Assembly: GCA_051269935.1 (NCBI GenBank) | Contig: JBNMFJ010000001.1 | Location: forward strand, 1-45,929 | Direction of reading: 5' to 3' | Length of the DNA stretch: 45,929 nucleotides | Source: Patescibacteria group bacterium | GTDB lineage: Archaea; Nanobdellota; Nanobdellia; Pacearchaeales; GW2011-AR1 | In this document: piece by piece, positions 25,842 through 34,841 of the stretch | How positions within the stretch are numbered: the first letter of the stretch is position 1 | Layout of the letters: every line of letters begins with the position of its first letter | Made by a program: the position numbers and the translations under genes | Notes under the pieces: generated by a model | What the model was told of the DNA's origin: nothing | Database searches by the model: none | The model's input: the letters and a program-made list of their open reading frames with translations, nothing else

Positions 25842-26724
25842 AATTGAGATGGATAGAAATCTAAAAAATATTGGTAAAGTAGCCCATTTAGTAACCCTTT
25901 CTGCTGCAATTACTCCTGAGAGATTAGCTATTGCGAGAGACTTAATTACGACTTTGGGAAATGAAGTTGAGTATTCGGATTCTATTTTAGATTCATATTT
26001 GTATTATGCTGGAACTCCAGAAATTAGAGCCGAGAAACTTAATAAAGCATATTCTAGTAATGCTGATTATATTTTTGTTGTTGCAGGGGGGATGGGAGCT
26101 ATTCATTTGTTAGATAAAATTAATTATGATTTGATTAGGGGAAGTGGGAAAGTATTTGCTGGATATAGTGATGTAACTTTATTATTGAATGCTATTTATC
26201 AGAAAACTGGAGAAAGATGTATTCACGGTCCAAATTTTGGAAAGGTCTTTGAAAAGTTTGATCATTATACTTTTAAGTATTTCTTTGATGCCTTGGAGAA
26301 GGTAGATTATTCTATTAGTTTTAAGGACTCTGACATTATGGAGAGTGGGAATGTTATTGCTCCAATTGTTGGTGGTAATTTAAGGCTATTAGTTCGCTCT
26401 CTAGGTACAGGATTTGATATTGAGACGGATGGTAAAATAGTCTTCTTAGAAGCTGTAGACAAGACTGAAACTTGGATTTTTGATATGTTATGGCAAATGA
26501 AACTAGCAGGAAAATTTGATAATGTTAAAGGAATTATATTAGGAAAGTTTAACGATTGTGGTGAAATGGTTGATACATATCTAAAGGAATTTTTCAAGGA
26601 TTTTACTTGTCCTATTATTACAAATCAGAATATAGGTCATAATGAGCCTAATATTTCTATACCAATTGGTGAAAATTGTTTTATCGATACCAAACAGAAT
26701 AAATGGGGCATTAAGTTTTTATAA
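25828..26724 (+). CDS. LD-carboxypeptidase / MccF-like serine peptidase (family S66)
   Basis: GYSDVTLLLNA (nucleophile Ser), VGGNL, FLEAV...E, IGHNEPNISIPIG (His). Start set at ATG 25828 (MQNNKIEM...), overlapping the previous gene's end. Confidence 0.8.
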   Translation: MQNNKIEMDRNLKNIGKVAHLVTLSAAITPERLAIARDLITTLGNEVEYSDSILDSYLYYAGTPEIRAEKLNKAYSSNADYIFVVAGGMGAIHLLDKINYDLIRGSGKVFAGYSDVTLLLNAIYQKTGERCIHGPNFGKVFEKFDHYTFKYFFDALEKVDYSISFKDSDIMESGNVIAPIVGGNLRLLVRSLGTGFDIETDGKIVFLEAVDKTETWIFDMLWQMKLAGKFDNVKGIILGKFNDCGEMVDTYLKEFFKDFTCPIITNQNIGHNEPNISIPIGENCFIDTKQNKWGIKFL

Positions 26725-26729
26725 ATAAC

Positions 26730-27413
26730 TTACCTTCGATCACCGAATAATCGTAGTAGATTAATAAAGATCATTATGAAGTTGATATACATAAATAATG
26801 CACCTAGGACTATGTATCTTTGTTCATCTTCTCTGCTCGCTTGATGATATAATTTCTTGAACATTTGGTTATCGTAGACTGTTAGGCCGGCGAAGACAAA
26901 TACTGCAACTGCTGAAATTAGCATATCGAAGAAGGTATTTTGAAAAAAGATGTTTGCAATTGAAGAGAAGAATACTCCGAGCATTCCGACAAATAAGACT
27001 GTTCCCCAATTGGATAGGTCCTTTTTGGTTGTGTATCCATAAACTGCGAGTCCTAAGAACATAAGGGCTGATGTTGCAAATATGATCATTATTGAATTGA
27101 GTGTGTATATTAGGAATATTCCAGCTAGAACGATACCGTTAATTGCTGCGTAGACTAGGTATAGTATCATGCTTGCTCGTGGGGAGAATGTTTTGATTAA
27201 TAATTGAACTCCGAATAAGATTGCTAATTGAAGTGCGATTAGGCCATAATAATAGAATGAGTTTGAGAATATGATATTTCCTAGACCTTGAAATAGAGTG
27301 AGGTAAGAGAATGCTCCTGAAATTAGGATTCCGACAAACATCCACATGTAGATTGATGAGAAAAATTCTGCTAAGCCTTCTTTTGATTTTTGTTGCATAC
27401 CATTAGATGACAT
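26730..27413 (-). CDS. Bax inhibitor-1/YccA family membrane protein
   Basis: Seven hydrophobic helices and a typical C-terminus ...ALFMYINFIMIFINLLRLFGDRR. Confidence 0.85.
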   Translation of the reverse strand: MSSNGMQQKSKEGLAEFFSSIYMWMFVGILISGAFSYLTLFQGLGNIIFSNSFYYYGLIALQLAILFGVQLLIKTFSPRASMILYLVYAAINGIVLAGIFLIYTLNSIMIIFATSALMFLGLAVYGYTTKKDLSNWGTVLFVGMLGVFFSSIANIFFQNTFFDMLISAVAVFVFAGLTVYDNQMFKKLYHQASREDEQRYIVLGALFMYINFIMIFINLLRLFGDRR

Positions 27414-27442
27414 TTACTATTTTTAAATGTTCTTTCTAGACC

Positions 27443-27610
27443 AGTATCTCCGCTGTTTATAAATGAACATCGGAGCACTGGGATATTTTTTTGGAAAGAA
27501 AAAATATTTTTGCATTTTCTGCTGTACATGTCATACCAACTAGGCATAAACCAGAAAACGCCTATCTTTCATACTTAACTTAGAAGTAGCACAAACTCAG
27601 CGGAGATACT
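27443..27610 (+). mobile_element. MITE-like element copy 2 (168 bp), same orientation as copy 1
   Basis: Same 13-bp terminal inverted repeats. Flanked by CTAGAC on both sides (possible target duplication). Intergenic. Confidence 0.7.
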
Positions 27611-27951
27611 CTAGACTGTATTGTTAAGTAAGCGGGAGCTATTCACTTCAAGTTCCCCCTCCAATAGTCTTAAGTTTTTTTTCTTCAAAAACCTTTAAAT
27701 ACTATTTAATCTATAAAATATTATATGGATACTAAAAATACTAAATCTATAAAAACCACAACAATCAGAATAGAACAAGAAACAAAAGAAAAAATTGAAA
27801 ATCTTGATTTTGTTAGAAAAGACACCTATAATCAAATCAATTAAAGGATTAAAAAGTATCGACAAAACTATTGCATATATTATGAATGAATATTCTAAAT
27901 ATAATGAGTATTTAGCATTCATATACAAAAAAAGAAGGGGAGAAAAAAGAA

Positions 27952-29772
27952 ATGAAAAAAACAATACTAACCTTAGTAATCCTTGCAGGAATAATCCTCG
28001 CAGCGACAAATACCTCCGCTTTAGTCTGGAGAACCAACGGGTTAGATATGATGAATTTAAGTGATAGTGGAAATCTAACACTACTCATAGGAAATGTAAC
28101 GGCACCATTTTACTATGGAAGTGGCAAATACTTAACAAATATTACAGCAGATGTAATCGCAAACAATACAAGAATCGCACATAATGTTACAATCGGAGAA
28201 TGGTTAACTGTTGATGGAAATTTGAATGTTACAGGAACTTCTTATCTTGGAGATACAACAATCACCTCAGATAATATTACAACTAATAATATTATTCCTA
28301 AGGATGGTGGAAATGTAACTATTGATGGCAATTTGACTCTTTCAGACAAAATAACATTTGCTTTGGGAGGGGTTATAGATAATCTTGTTGCTGGGTGGAT
28401 TACTATTACAGGAAATTTGCAAGTAGATGGTGATGTTAATGTTACTGGAAGCTTGAATGTGTCTGAAAATATAACTGCAAGTTCTGTAACTGTTCATGGA
28501 AATTTGAATGTTACAGGAACTTCTTATCTTGGAGATACAACAATCACCTCAGACAATATTACAACTAATAATATTATTCCTAAAGATGGTGAAAATGTGA
28601 CTATTGATGGTAATTTGACTCTTTCAGAAAAAATAACTTTTTCTTTGGGAGAAATTATAGATAATATTGTTGATGGTTGGATTAGAATTACAGGAAGTTT
28701 ACAAGTAGATGGTGATGTTAATGTTACTGGAAGCTTGAATGTGTCAGAAAATATAACAACAGAGTATTATTTTGGTGATGGCTCACAATTAACTGGAATG
28801 GAAACAGTATTTTCTATTACTAATTCAACAACTATTTCAACAACTTCAACGACCGATGCATTAACAGGAATGACTTTAACTCCTGGAGCAGGAAATTATT
28901 CTGTTTTATTTAATTCACAATATGAGATAGAAGCCGGAAATATAACTCAATTAGGAGCTCCGGATTTAACTATTCTATATAACGAACTAATGGCTGTCCC
29001 TGCAACCATAACCAACCACTCGGTTACTTTTGGGTCAGAAACGCTTACACCAGGTGTTTATACTGTTACTGGGGCAAGTAATATAATTGGGACTCTTACT
29101 CTTGATGCACAGAATGATCCTAATGCTATTTTTATTTTTAGATTTGGAGCGGCACTTTCTTCAACTGCTGGTGCGACTATAACTTTAATTAATGGATCAT
29201 CAGCTTCAAACATATTTTTTATAGCAGACGCAGCCATGCCTTTTGGGGCAGGTACTACATTAAAGGGAACTTTTATTTCAAATAATGGAGCTCCAACTTT
29301 GGGTGCAGGGTGTAATCTAGAGGGTAGACTAATGGCCAGAAACGGCATTACATCAACTGACAGCTCAACTGTACAGGCTTCACCTATTAGTTCTTCTTTC
29401 AATTCAGGAGTATTACAGTCGTTTGCAATATTTAATTCTGTGGGTAATCTAGTGAACACAGGTGTATCAATTATTACTGGAGACGTAGGAACTAATTCAG
29501 GGACCATCACAGGGTTCACAACAGGGATGGTAAGTGGTAATATATATTTACCAGGTTCTGTTTCTGATGCTTTAGTTACATTTAGCATTTATCAAAATGG
29601 AGTTTTGATTAACAACTCGATCAGAGAACGAACATTTCAGGTGAATACAGTGGATGTGACACTACAATCAATAGCTACGGTGACAGAAGGACAAACTATT
29701 GATGTTAGGTATAAAATAGATACTGGAGAAGTGGTTTTAGAGAATAGAATTTTAACATTAATCAAAAATTAA
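27952..29772 (+). CDS. secreted, heavily sequon-decorated surface protein with duplicated 94-aa module and C-terminal ice-binding-like (DUF3494) beta-solenoid region
   Basis: Signal peptide MKKTILTLVILAGIILAATNTSA and about 25 N-x-S/T sequons. LTPGVYTVTGASNIIGTLTLDAQNDPNAIFIFRFGAALSSTAGATITLINGSSASNIFF...LEGRLMARNG matches DUF3494. Confidence 0.8.
   Translation: MKKTILTLVILAGIILAATNTSALVWRTNGLDMMNLSDSGNLTLLIGNVTAPFYYGSGKYLTNITADVIANNTRIAHNVTIGEWLTVDGNLNVTGTSYLGDTTITSDNITTNNIIPKDGGNVTIDGNLTLSDKITFALGGVIDNLVAGWITITGNLQVDGDVNVTGSLNVSENITASSVTVHGNLNVTGTSYLGDTTITSDNITTNNIIPKDGENVTIDGNLTLSEKITFSLGEIIDNIVDGWIRITGSLQVDGDVNVTGSLNVSENITTEYYFGDGSQLTGMETVFSITNSTTISTTSTTDALTGMTLTPGAGNYSVLFNSQYEIEAGNITQLGAPDLTILYNELMAVPATITNHSVTFGSETLTPGVYTVTGASNIIGTLTLDAQNDPNAIFIFRFGAALSSTAGATITLINGSSASNIFFIADAAMPFGAGTTLKGTFISNNGAPTLGAGCNLEGRLMARNGITSTDSSTVQASPISSSFNSGVLQSFAIFNSVGNLVNTGVSIITGDVGTNSGTITGFTTGMVSGNIYLPGSVSDALVTFSIYQNGVLINNSIRERTFQVNTVDVTLQSIATVTEGQTIDVRYKIDTGEVVLENRILTLIKN
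28216..28760 (+). repeat. intragenic tandem duplication, period 282 bp (94 aa), about 1.9 copies
   Basis: GGAAATTTGAATGTTACAGGAACTTCTTATCTTGGAGATACAACAATCACCTCAGA... recurs at 28216 and 28498. Confidence 0.9.
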
Positions 29773-29868
29773 AGAAAATGAAGAAAATGTTAAATATGAT
29801 TAAATCAAAAAAAATGTTACTTGGGATTTTCTCAGTTTTGACTTTGCTTTTTTTTTTCTTCTAATGTT

Positions 29869-30366
29869 TTGACAGGTCCAATGTATCAAAGATGTGAACT
29901 AAACACAGATTGCATTATTGCCGAGTATGTTTTTGATAATAGTTATAATCCTTTAACAGACCAAATATGCACAATAAGTATTAGATACCCTAATGAAACT
30001 TTATCTGTTCATGATTATAATGTGACAAATACTTCGTATGGATGGCATCAATATATAGTTAATATTGACTCGCCTCAAGGAATATATCCTTCCGTGATGT
30101 GTTGCAATAATTCAGGGGATTATGCTTGCATAGATAAAACCTTCATACTTGGAGTTTCTTTTGATATAATAAATAATTCTTTAGCTGTTATAGATGAAGG
30201 ATTACCTGGTAAGGAAGTTCCAGAAGGAGAAGTTGAAAAACCAAAAAAAGAAGCTGGAGAAGAAATCGAGATTACTAAGACATTTTCTGATGTTTTTAGC
30301 TATCTCAAAAATAATAAACTCTATGTATTTATCGGATTTGGAGTTTTAATATTTATTTTGTTTTGA
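29869..30366 (+). CDS. Cys-rich protein with C-terminal transmembrane anchor. Its apparent signal peptide is encoded in a different frame (29778-29864).
   Basis: ORF track (TTG start). C-terminal LYVFIGFGVLIFILF. The upstream mini-ORF MKKMLNMIKSKKMLLGIFSVLTLLFFFF* ends just after a T10 run. Confidence 0.5.
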   Translation: MTGPMYQRCELNTDCIIAEYVFDNSYNPLTDQICTISIRYPNETLSVHDYNVTNTSYGWHQYIVNIDSPQGIYPSVMCCNNSGDYACIDKTFILGVSFDIINNSLAVIDEGLPGKEVPEGEVEKPKKEAGEEIEITKTFSDVFSYLKNNKLYVFIGFGVLIFILF

Positions 30367-30401
30367 TTTATATTTTAATTAATATCTAAAAATGTAGTCA
30401 C

Positions 30402-33209
30402 CTATTTGGTGTATTGATTTTTGGCTAATTCTTTTTTTAAGAATTTTCCAGTCCAGGATTTTTTGATCTGGGCTACTTCTTCTGGGGTTCCTGTTGCAAC
30501 AACTTGTCCTCCGCCTTCTCCACCTTCAGGGCCTAGGTCGATAATATGGTCTGCGCATTTTATTACGTCTAAGTTGTGCTCAATAATTACCATTGTGTTT
30601 CCTTTGTCTACTAATGTGTTTAATACTTCGATTAATTTCTTTACATCGTGGAAGTGTAGTCCTGTTGTTGGTTCATCTAATATGTATAATGTTTTTCCGG
30701 TGGATCTTTTAGCTAGTTCTTTTGTTAGTTTTATTCTTTGTGATTCTCCACCTGATAATGTTGTTGAAGATTGGCCTAGTTTGATGTATTCTAATCCGAC
30801 AGCTTTTAGAGTTTCAAGTTTTTTAGCGATTGATGGGATGTTTCTAAATATAGGAATAGCTTCTTCCACTGACATATCTAATACTTCTGCGATTGATTTA
30901 TCTTTTACTTTGATTTGTAAGGTTTCGTCGTTAAATCTTGTTCCTTTACATTCTTCACATTCTACATATACGTCTGGTAGGAAATTCATTTCGATTTTAA
31001 TTGTTCCGTCACCTTGGCATTTTTCACATCTTCCGCCTTTTACATTAAAGGAAAATCGTCCTGGCATGTATCCTCTAATTCTTGATTCTTTTGTTTCGGA
31101 AAATAATCGTCGTACTTCATCGAACATTCCGGTATAGGTTGATGGGTTACTTCGTGGTGTTCGCCCGATAGGTGATTGGTCAATTATGATTACTTTATCT
31201 ATGTTTGAGGCAGTTTGGATTTCGTCATGGTCTCCTGGTTTTTCTTTTGAATCATGTAATTTTTTCATCATTCCTTTGTAGAGAATTTGGTTGATTAATG
31301 TGGATTTTCCGGATCCTGAAACACCCGTTACTAAGGTCATACATCTCGTTGGTATTTCTACGTCAATGTCTTTTAGGTTATTTGCTCGGCATCCTTTTAG
31401 TTTGATTGGTAGCCATTTTCTTCTTTTTTCTTTTGGAATATCAATGAATTCTTTTCCGGCAAGATATTGTCCTGTTAATGAATTTTTGTTTTTTGCTAAT
31501 TCTTTTGGAGTTCCTTCTGCGATAATTTTCCCACCATGTATTCCTGCTCCGGGTCCGATGTCAATTACATAGTCAGCGTGCATTATTGTGTCTTCGTCGT
31601 GTTCTACTACTACCAGTGTGTTTCCTAGGTCTCTAAGTTTATGGAGAGTTTCAATTAACCTATTATTATCTCTTTGATGTAATCCTATTGAGGGTTCGTC
31701 TAGAACGTATAATACTCCGGTTAGGTTTGAGCCTATTTGTGTTGCTAATCTAATTCTTTGTGCTTCTCCACCAGATAGAGTTCCTGCGCTTCTTGATAAT
31801 GATAGATAGGATAATCCGACGTTATTTAAGAAGCTTAATCGTTCACGGATTTCTTTTAAGATTTGATGGGCAATTTTTGTTTGCTTTTCGGTTAGTTCTA
31901 AATTGTTAAAAAATGTTGCTGCTTTATCGATTGACATACTGGTTGTTTCGATGATGTTCTTTTCATTTATTCTTACGGCTAATATTTTATCTTTTAATCG
32001 CTTCCCATGACAAACAGGACAAGGTCTTTTTTGCATATATCTTTCAAGTTCTCGTTTTCGGTAATCTGAGCTGGTATCTCGGTATAATCTTTCTTGTTGA
32101 GGGATTAGGCCTTCCCATCCTTCAGGAAAATGCATTCTTGCTCCGTTACTCCACATACCTTCCATGGATTTATCTGAACCGTATAGTAATGCATGAAAAC
32201 TTTCTGGTTTGAATTTATTTACTGGGACTGTTGTTTTAAATCCACAGTATTTTCCGATGACGCCTAATTGTTGCATTCTCCATGAGTTATCCATTTTTCC
32301 ATAGACTTTTACTGCTCCATCTAATATTGTTAATGATTTATCAGGAATTATTAAATCTGGATCAAATTCTATTTTTTCTCCGAGACCATGACATTCTTCA
32401 CAAGCTCCAAAGGGTGAATTGAAGGAGAACATTCGAGGTTGAAGTTCTTCGAAAGAGATTCCACATTCAGGACAACTCATTTGGGAAGAATATATTTCTT
32501 CTTCTTTGTTGTCTGTTGCCATAATTAATCCATTGGACATATGGCTTGCTTTTTCGATTGCTTCTACTAATCTATTTGGGTCTTCTTTTGGTACTTTGTC
32601 GATTATAACGTCAATGTCATGTTTCTTGTATCGTGATAATTCGACTCGTTCATCGGTTCGATACACCTTTCCATTTACTCTTGCCCTTGTATATCCTGCT
32701 TTATTAAGATCTTTTAGTAATTGTTCGTAGGTCCCCTTTTTTTGTCTAATTACTGGGGACATTATAATTACATCTTCTTTGAATTTTGCTTGGATTCTAT
32801 TTTGAATTTCTTTTGGTGTTTGGGATGAAATTGGAATGTTATGTTCTGGACAGAAAGGTGTTCCGATTCGGGCGAATAATAGTCTGAGGTAATCGTATAT
32901 TTCAGTTACTGTTCCAACGGTTGATCGTGGGTTTTTTGAGGTTGTTTTTTGCTCGATTGAAATTGCTGGCGAGAGGCCTTCTATTGAGTCTACATCGGGC
33001 TTATTCATCACGCCTAGGAATTGTCTTGCGTAGGAAGATAATGACTCTACATACCTTCTTTGGCCTTCTGCGTATAGTGTGTCGAAGGCTAATGAAGATT
33101 TTCCGGATCCGGATAGGCCGGTAATTACTACGAATTTATCTTTTGGGATTGTTACATTTACATCTTTTAGATTATGCTCCCTTGCGCCTTGAATGATTAT
33201 ATCTCCCAT
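30402..33209 (-). CDS. uvrA: excinuclease ABC subunit A (UvrA)
   Basis: 935 aa. Two ABC ATPase modules (GLSGSGKSSLAF, GVSGSGKSTL, LSGGEAQR/LSGGESQR, LYVLDEPS/LYILDEPT) and zinc-finger CxxC pairs. Confidence 0.97.
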   Translation of the reverse strand: MGDIIIQGAREHNLKDVNVTIPKDKFVVITGLSGSGKSSLAFDTLYAEGQRRYVESLSSYARQFLGVMNKPDVDSIEGLSPAISIEQKTTSKNPRSTVGTVTEIYDYLRLLFARIGTPFCPEHNIPISSQTPKEIQNRIQAKFKEDVIIMSPVIRQKKGTYEQLLKDLNKAGYTRARVNGKVYRTDERVELSRYKKHDIDVIIDKVPKEDPNRLVEAIEKASHMSNGLIMATDNKEEEIYSSQMSCPECGISFEELQPRMFSFNSPFGACEECHGLGEKIEFDPDLIIPDKSLTILDGAVKVYGKMDNSWRMQQLGVIGKYCGFKTTVPVNKFKPESFHALLYGSDKSMEGMWSNGARMHFPEGWEGLIPQQERLYRDTSSDYRKRELERYMQKRPCPVCHGKRLKDKILAVRINEKNIIETTSMSIDKAATFFNNLELTEKQTKIAHQILKEIRERLSFLNNVGLSYLSLSRSAGTLSGGEAQRIRLATQIGSNLTGVLYVLDEPSIGLHQRDNNRLIETLHKLRDLGNTLVVVEHDEDTIMHADYVIDIGPGAGIHGGKIIAEGTPKELAKNKNSLTGQYLAGKEFIDIPKEKRRKWLPIKLKGCRANNLKDIDVEIPTRCMTLVTGVSGSGKSTLINQILYKGMMKKLHDSKEKPGDHDEIQTASNIDKVIIIDQSPIGRTPRSNPSTYTGMFDEVRRLFSETKESRIRGYMPGRFSFNVKGGRCEKCQGDGTIKIEMNFLPDVYVECEECKGTRFNDETLQIKVKDKSIAEVLDMSVEEAIPIFRNIPSIAKKLETLKAVGLEYIKLGQSSTTLSGGESQRIKLTKELAKRSTGKTLYILDEPTTGLHFHDVKKLIEVLNTLVDKGNTMVIIEHNLDVIKCADHIIDLGPEGGEGGGQVVATGTPEEVAQIKKSWTGKFLKKELAKNQYTK

Positions 33210-33348
33210 AGGTAGAGTAGAAAAATTAGGTTTAAAAGAGTGTTTATGTAATTGCGGAATGGGTACTAGGAAAATATATAATTGATTTTGAAACTTGCAT
33301 TGCTTAGATTGATGCCAATGACAGAGATTAAGAATAATTGGAGTGATA

Positions 33349-33403
33349 TATGTTATTATATATAGTAATATATCGGAAAGTTTATAAGTATGTTATTATA
33401 TAT
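33349..33403 (+). promoter_or_regulatory. 15-bp direct repeat TATGTTATTATATAT (33349-33363, 33389-33403) upstream of the Doc-like gene. The second copy is part of the imperfect palindrome ATGTTATTATATATGATAACAT.
   Basis: Read directly. Ends 8 nt before ATG 33412. Could be an operator/TATA region, but the DNA is AT-rich so chance is not negligible. Confidence 0.3.
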
Positions 33404-33411
33404 GATAACAT

Positions 33412-34017
33412 ATGGTAGTCAATAATATTAATCAGATGTTTTGTTTTAGGTGTTATCACACATGGATAAAGAGAATAAAGCAAAGAAAGAGTAAGTATTG
33501 TCCTAAATGTAAAAGTCCTTATTGGTATAAACCGAGAAAAAGAATATCAAAGGGGATAATATTAAAAATGCAAGATATGATAATTAATATTCATAATACT
33601 ATCATAAAAATCAGTGGTGGTGAATCAGGAATTAGGGATATTGGTGGAATATATAACTCTACATATAAAATATTGAATTATCAAGGCAAAAATAAGAGAA
33701 AACCTTCTAATATTGGAGCATTTGTTCTTAATGAATTTGCAAAAAGACATTATTTTACTGATGGTAATAAAAGAACGGCATATGCAATGGCTAAGATTTT
33801 TATGCTAATAAATAATAGTCATCTAAAAATAGATTATATTCAAGCAATAGATTTTATTATAAGTGTTGCAGAATATAACAGTAAAAAAACCTTACAAGAA
33901 ATATTACATTGGATAGAAACACATTCAACTGAAATAGAACAAAAAGAATTAGAAAATTATTTAAATAAAACTGCATTATCATTAATGTTAGGAGCTAAAG
34001 AATATGACCAATACTAA
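33412..34017 (+). CDS. Zn-ribbon fused to Fic/Doc-family (death-on-curing-like) domain
   Basis: N-terminal CFRC...CPKC, and the Doc-type motif HYFTDGNKRTAYAMA (H-x-F-x-D-G-N-K-R). Confidence 0.75.
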   Translation: MVVNNINQMFCFRCYHTWIKRIKQRKSKYCPKCKSPYWYKPRKRISKGIILKMQDMIINIHNTIIKISGGESGIRDIGGIYNSTYKILNYQGKNKRKPSNIGAFVLNEFAKRHYFTDGNKRTAYAMAKIFMLINNSHLKIDYIQAIDFIISVAEYNSKKTLQEILHWIETHSTEIEQKELENYLNKTALSLMLGAKEYDQY

Positions 34018-34162
34018 GAAAAAAGAAAAAGAAAAATCAATGAGTCAGGAGACATATATAATCTCTCAAGGAGAGAGGAAATTGCTTGAACTGGTGAATG
34101 TAGCAAAAGAAATAGTTTTTAACGAAGATAAAATTCTTTTTAAGGAATTGGCAAAAAAATAA
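34004..34162 (+). CDS. small ORF (52 aa, MTNTKKKEKEKSMSQETYIISQGERKLLELVNVAKEIVFNEDKILFKELAKK), possible partner of the Doc-like protein
   Basis: Found by hand; overlaps the Doc-like gene end by 14 nt. Not in the ORF track because it is short. No motif. Confidence 0.25.
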   Translation: MTNTKKKEKEKSMSQETYIISQGERKLLELVNVAKEIVFNEDKILFKELAKK

Positions 34163-34250
34163 TTTTTCAATGAATCTTATTTTAAGATTAGGTTAAATGT
34201 ATCTATATAGTCAAATATAAAAAAAATGCCATGGGCCCATGGCATATTAT

Positions 34251-34745
34251 TTATATATCTAAAAGAATAGTTGGTACATCGTTTCGCTTTTTCATTAAGT
34301 TTCGTGAAATTTCCATTGCTATAGGATAAAAACTCTCTGCTTTGTTTTGTGATAATCCAAGGTCTGTCATTACACCAATATAATCTGCTTGACTAATCCG
34401 CTTTCCTTCGTTTACACCAAAGTACAAATGAGTTTGTTTTACCGCACGTTTTTCTTGAATTATTCCTTCTAGTATTGTTCCGTACTTTGGGAATTTTTCA
34501 GCGAAATGATCAACTGCTTGTCTCATTGTTCGAGCTTTATCAGTTTCATGAGTTTCTATTCTGGCGTATACTCTGTCTGATTCATAGGTTGTATCTTTAC
34601 CCATTTCTTCATAAATAGACCCGGCGATTTTTGGTCGCGATCGTTTCATTTTACCGTCGAAACTTGACATTGGTCGATACATTCTATCTGTTGCAATTAA
34701 GTTTACAATGTTTGATTCTACATTTTCCATTTTTTGTGTCTCCAT
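34251..34745 (-). CDS. hypothetical protein (164 aa)
   Basis: ORF track; no motif recognised. Confidence 0.5.
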   Translation of the reverse strand: METQKMENVESNIVNLIATDRMYRPMSSFDGKMKRSRPKIAGSIYEEMGKDTTYESDRVYARIETHETDKARTMRQAVDHFAEKFPKYGTILEGIIQEKRAVKQTHLYFGVNEGKRISQADYIGVMTDLGLSQNKAESFYPIAMEISRNLMKKRNDVPTILLDI

Positions 34746-34841
34746 ATTTAGTTATTATTATAATCCAAATTCTCTTATTAATTTAGTGTGGTGATAAAGA
34801 TCACCCTAAAGACTAATATTTAAAAAGTTCTTACTGTTAGT

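Noticed and set aside
27695-28081. 128-aa ORF (- strand) and 89-aa ORF 27795..28064 (+ strand) upstream of or overlapping the surface-protein start
   Set aside because: Low-complexity A/T-rich translation that overlaps the well-supported start of 27952..29772. No motifs except the possible RHH fragment, which is reported separately.
29058-29588. 176-aa ORF on the - strand
   Set aside because: Antisense within the surface-protein gene, whose DUF3494 motifs validate the + frame.
30421-31137. 238-aa ORF on the + strand, plus other + strand ORFs at 31291-31572, 32506-32730 and 32921-33124
   Set aside because: They lie entirely antisense within the strongly supported uvrA CDS, with low-complexity composition.
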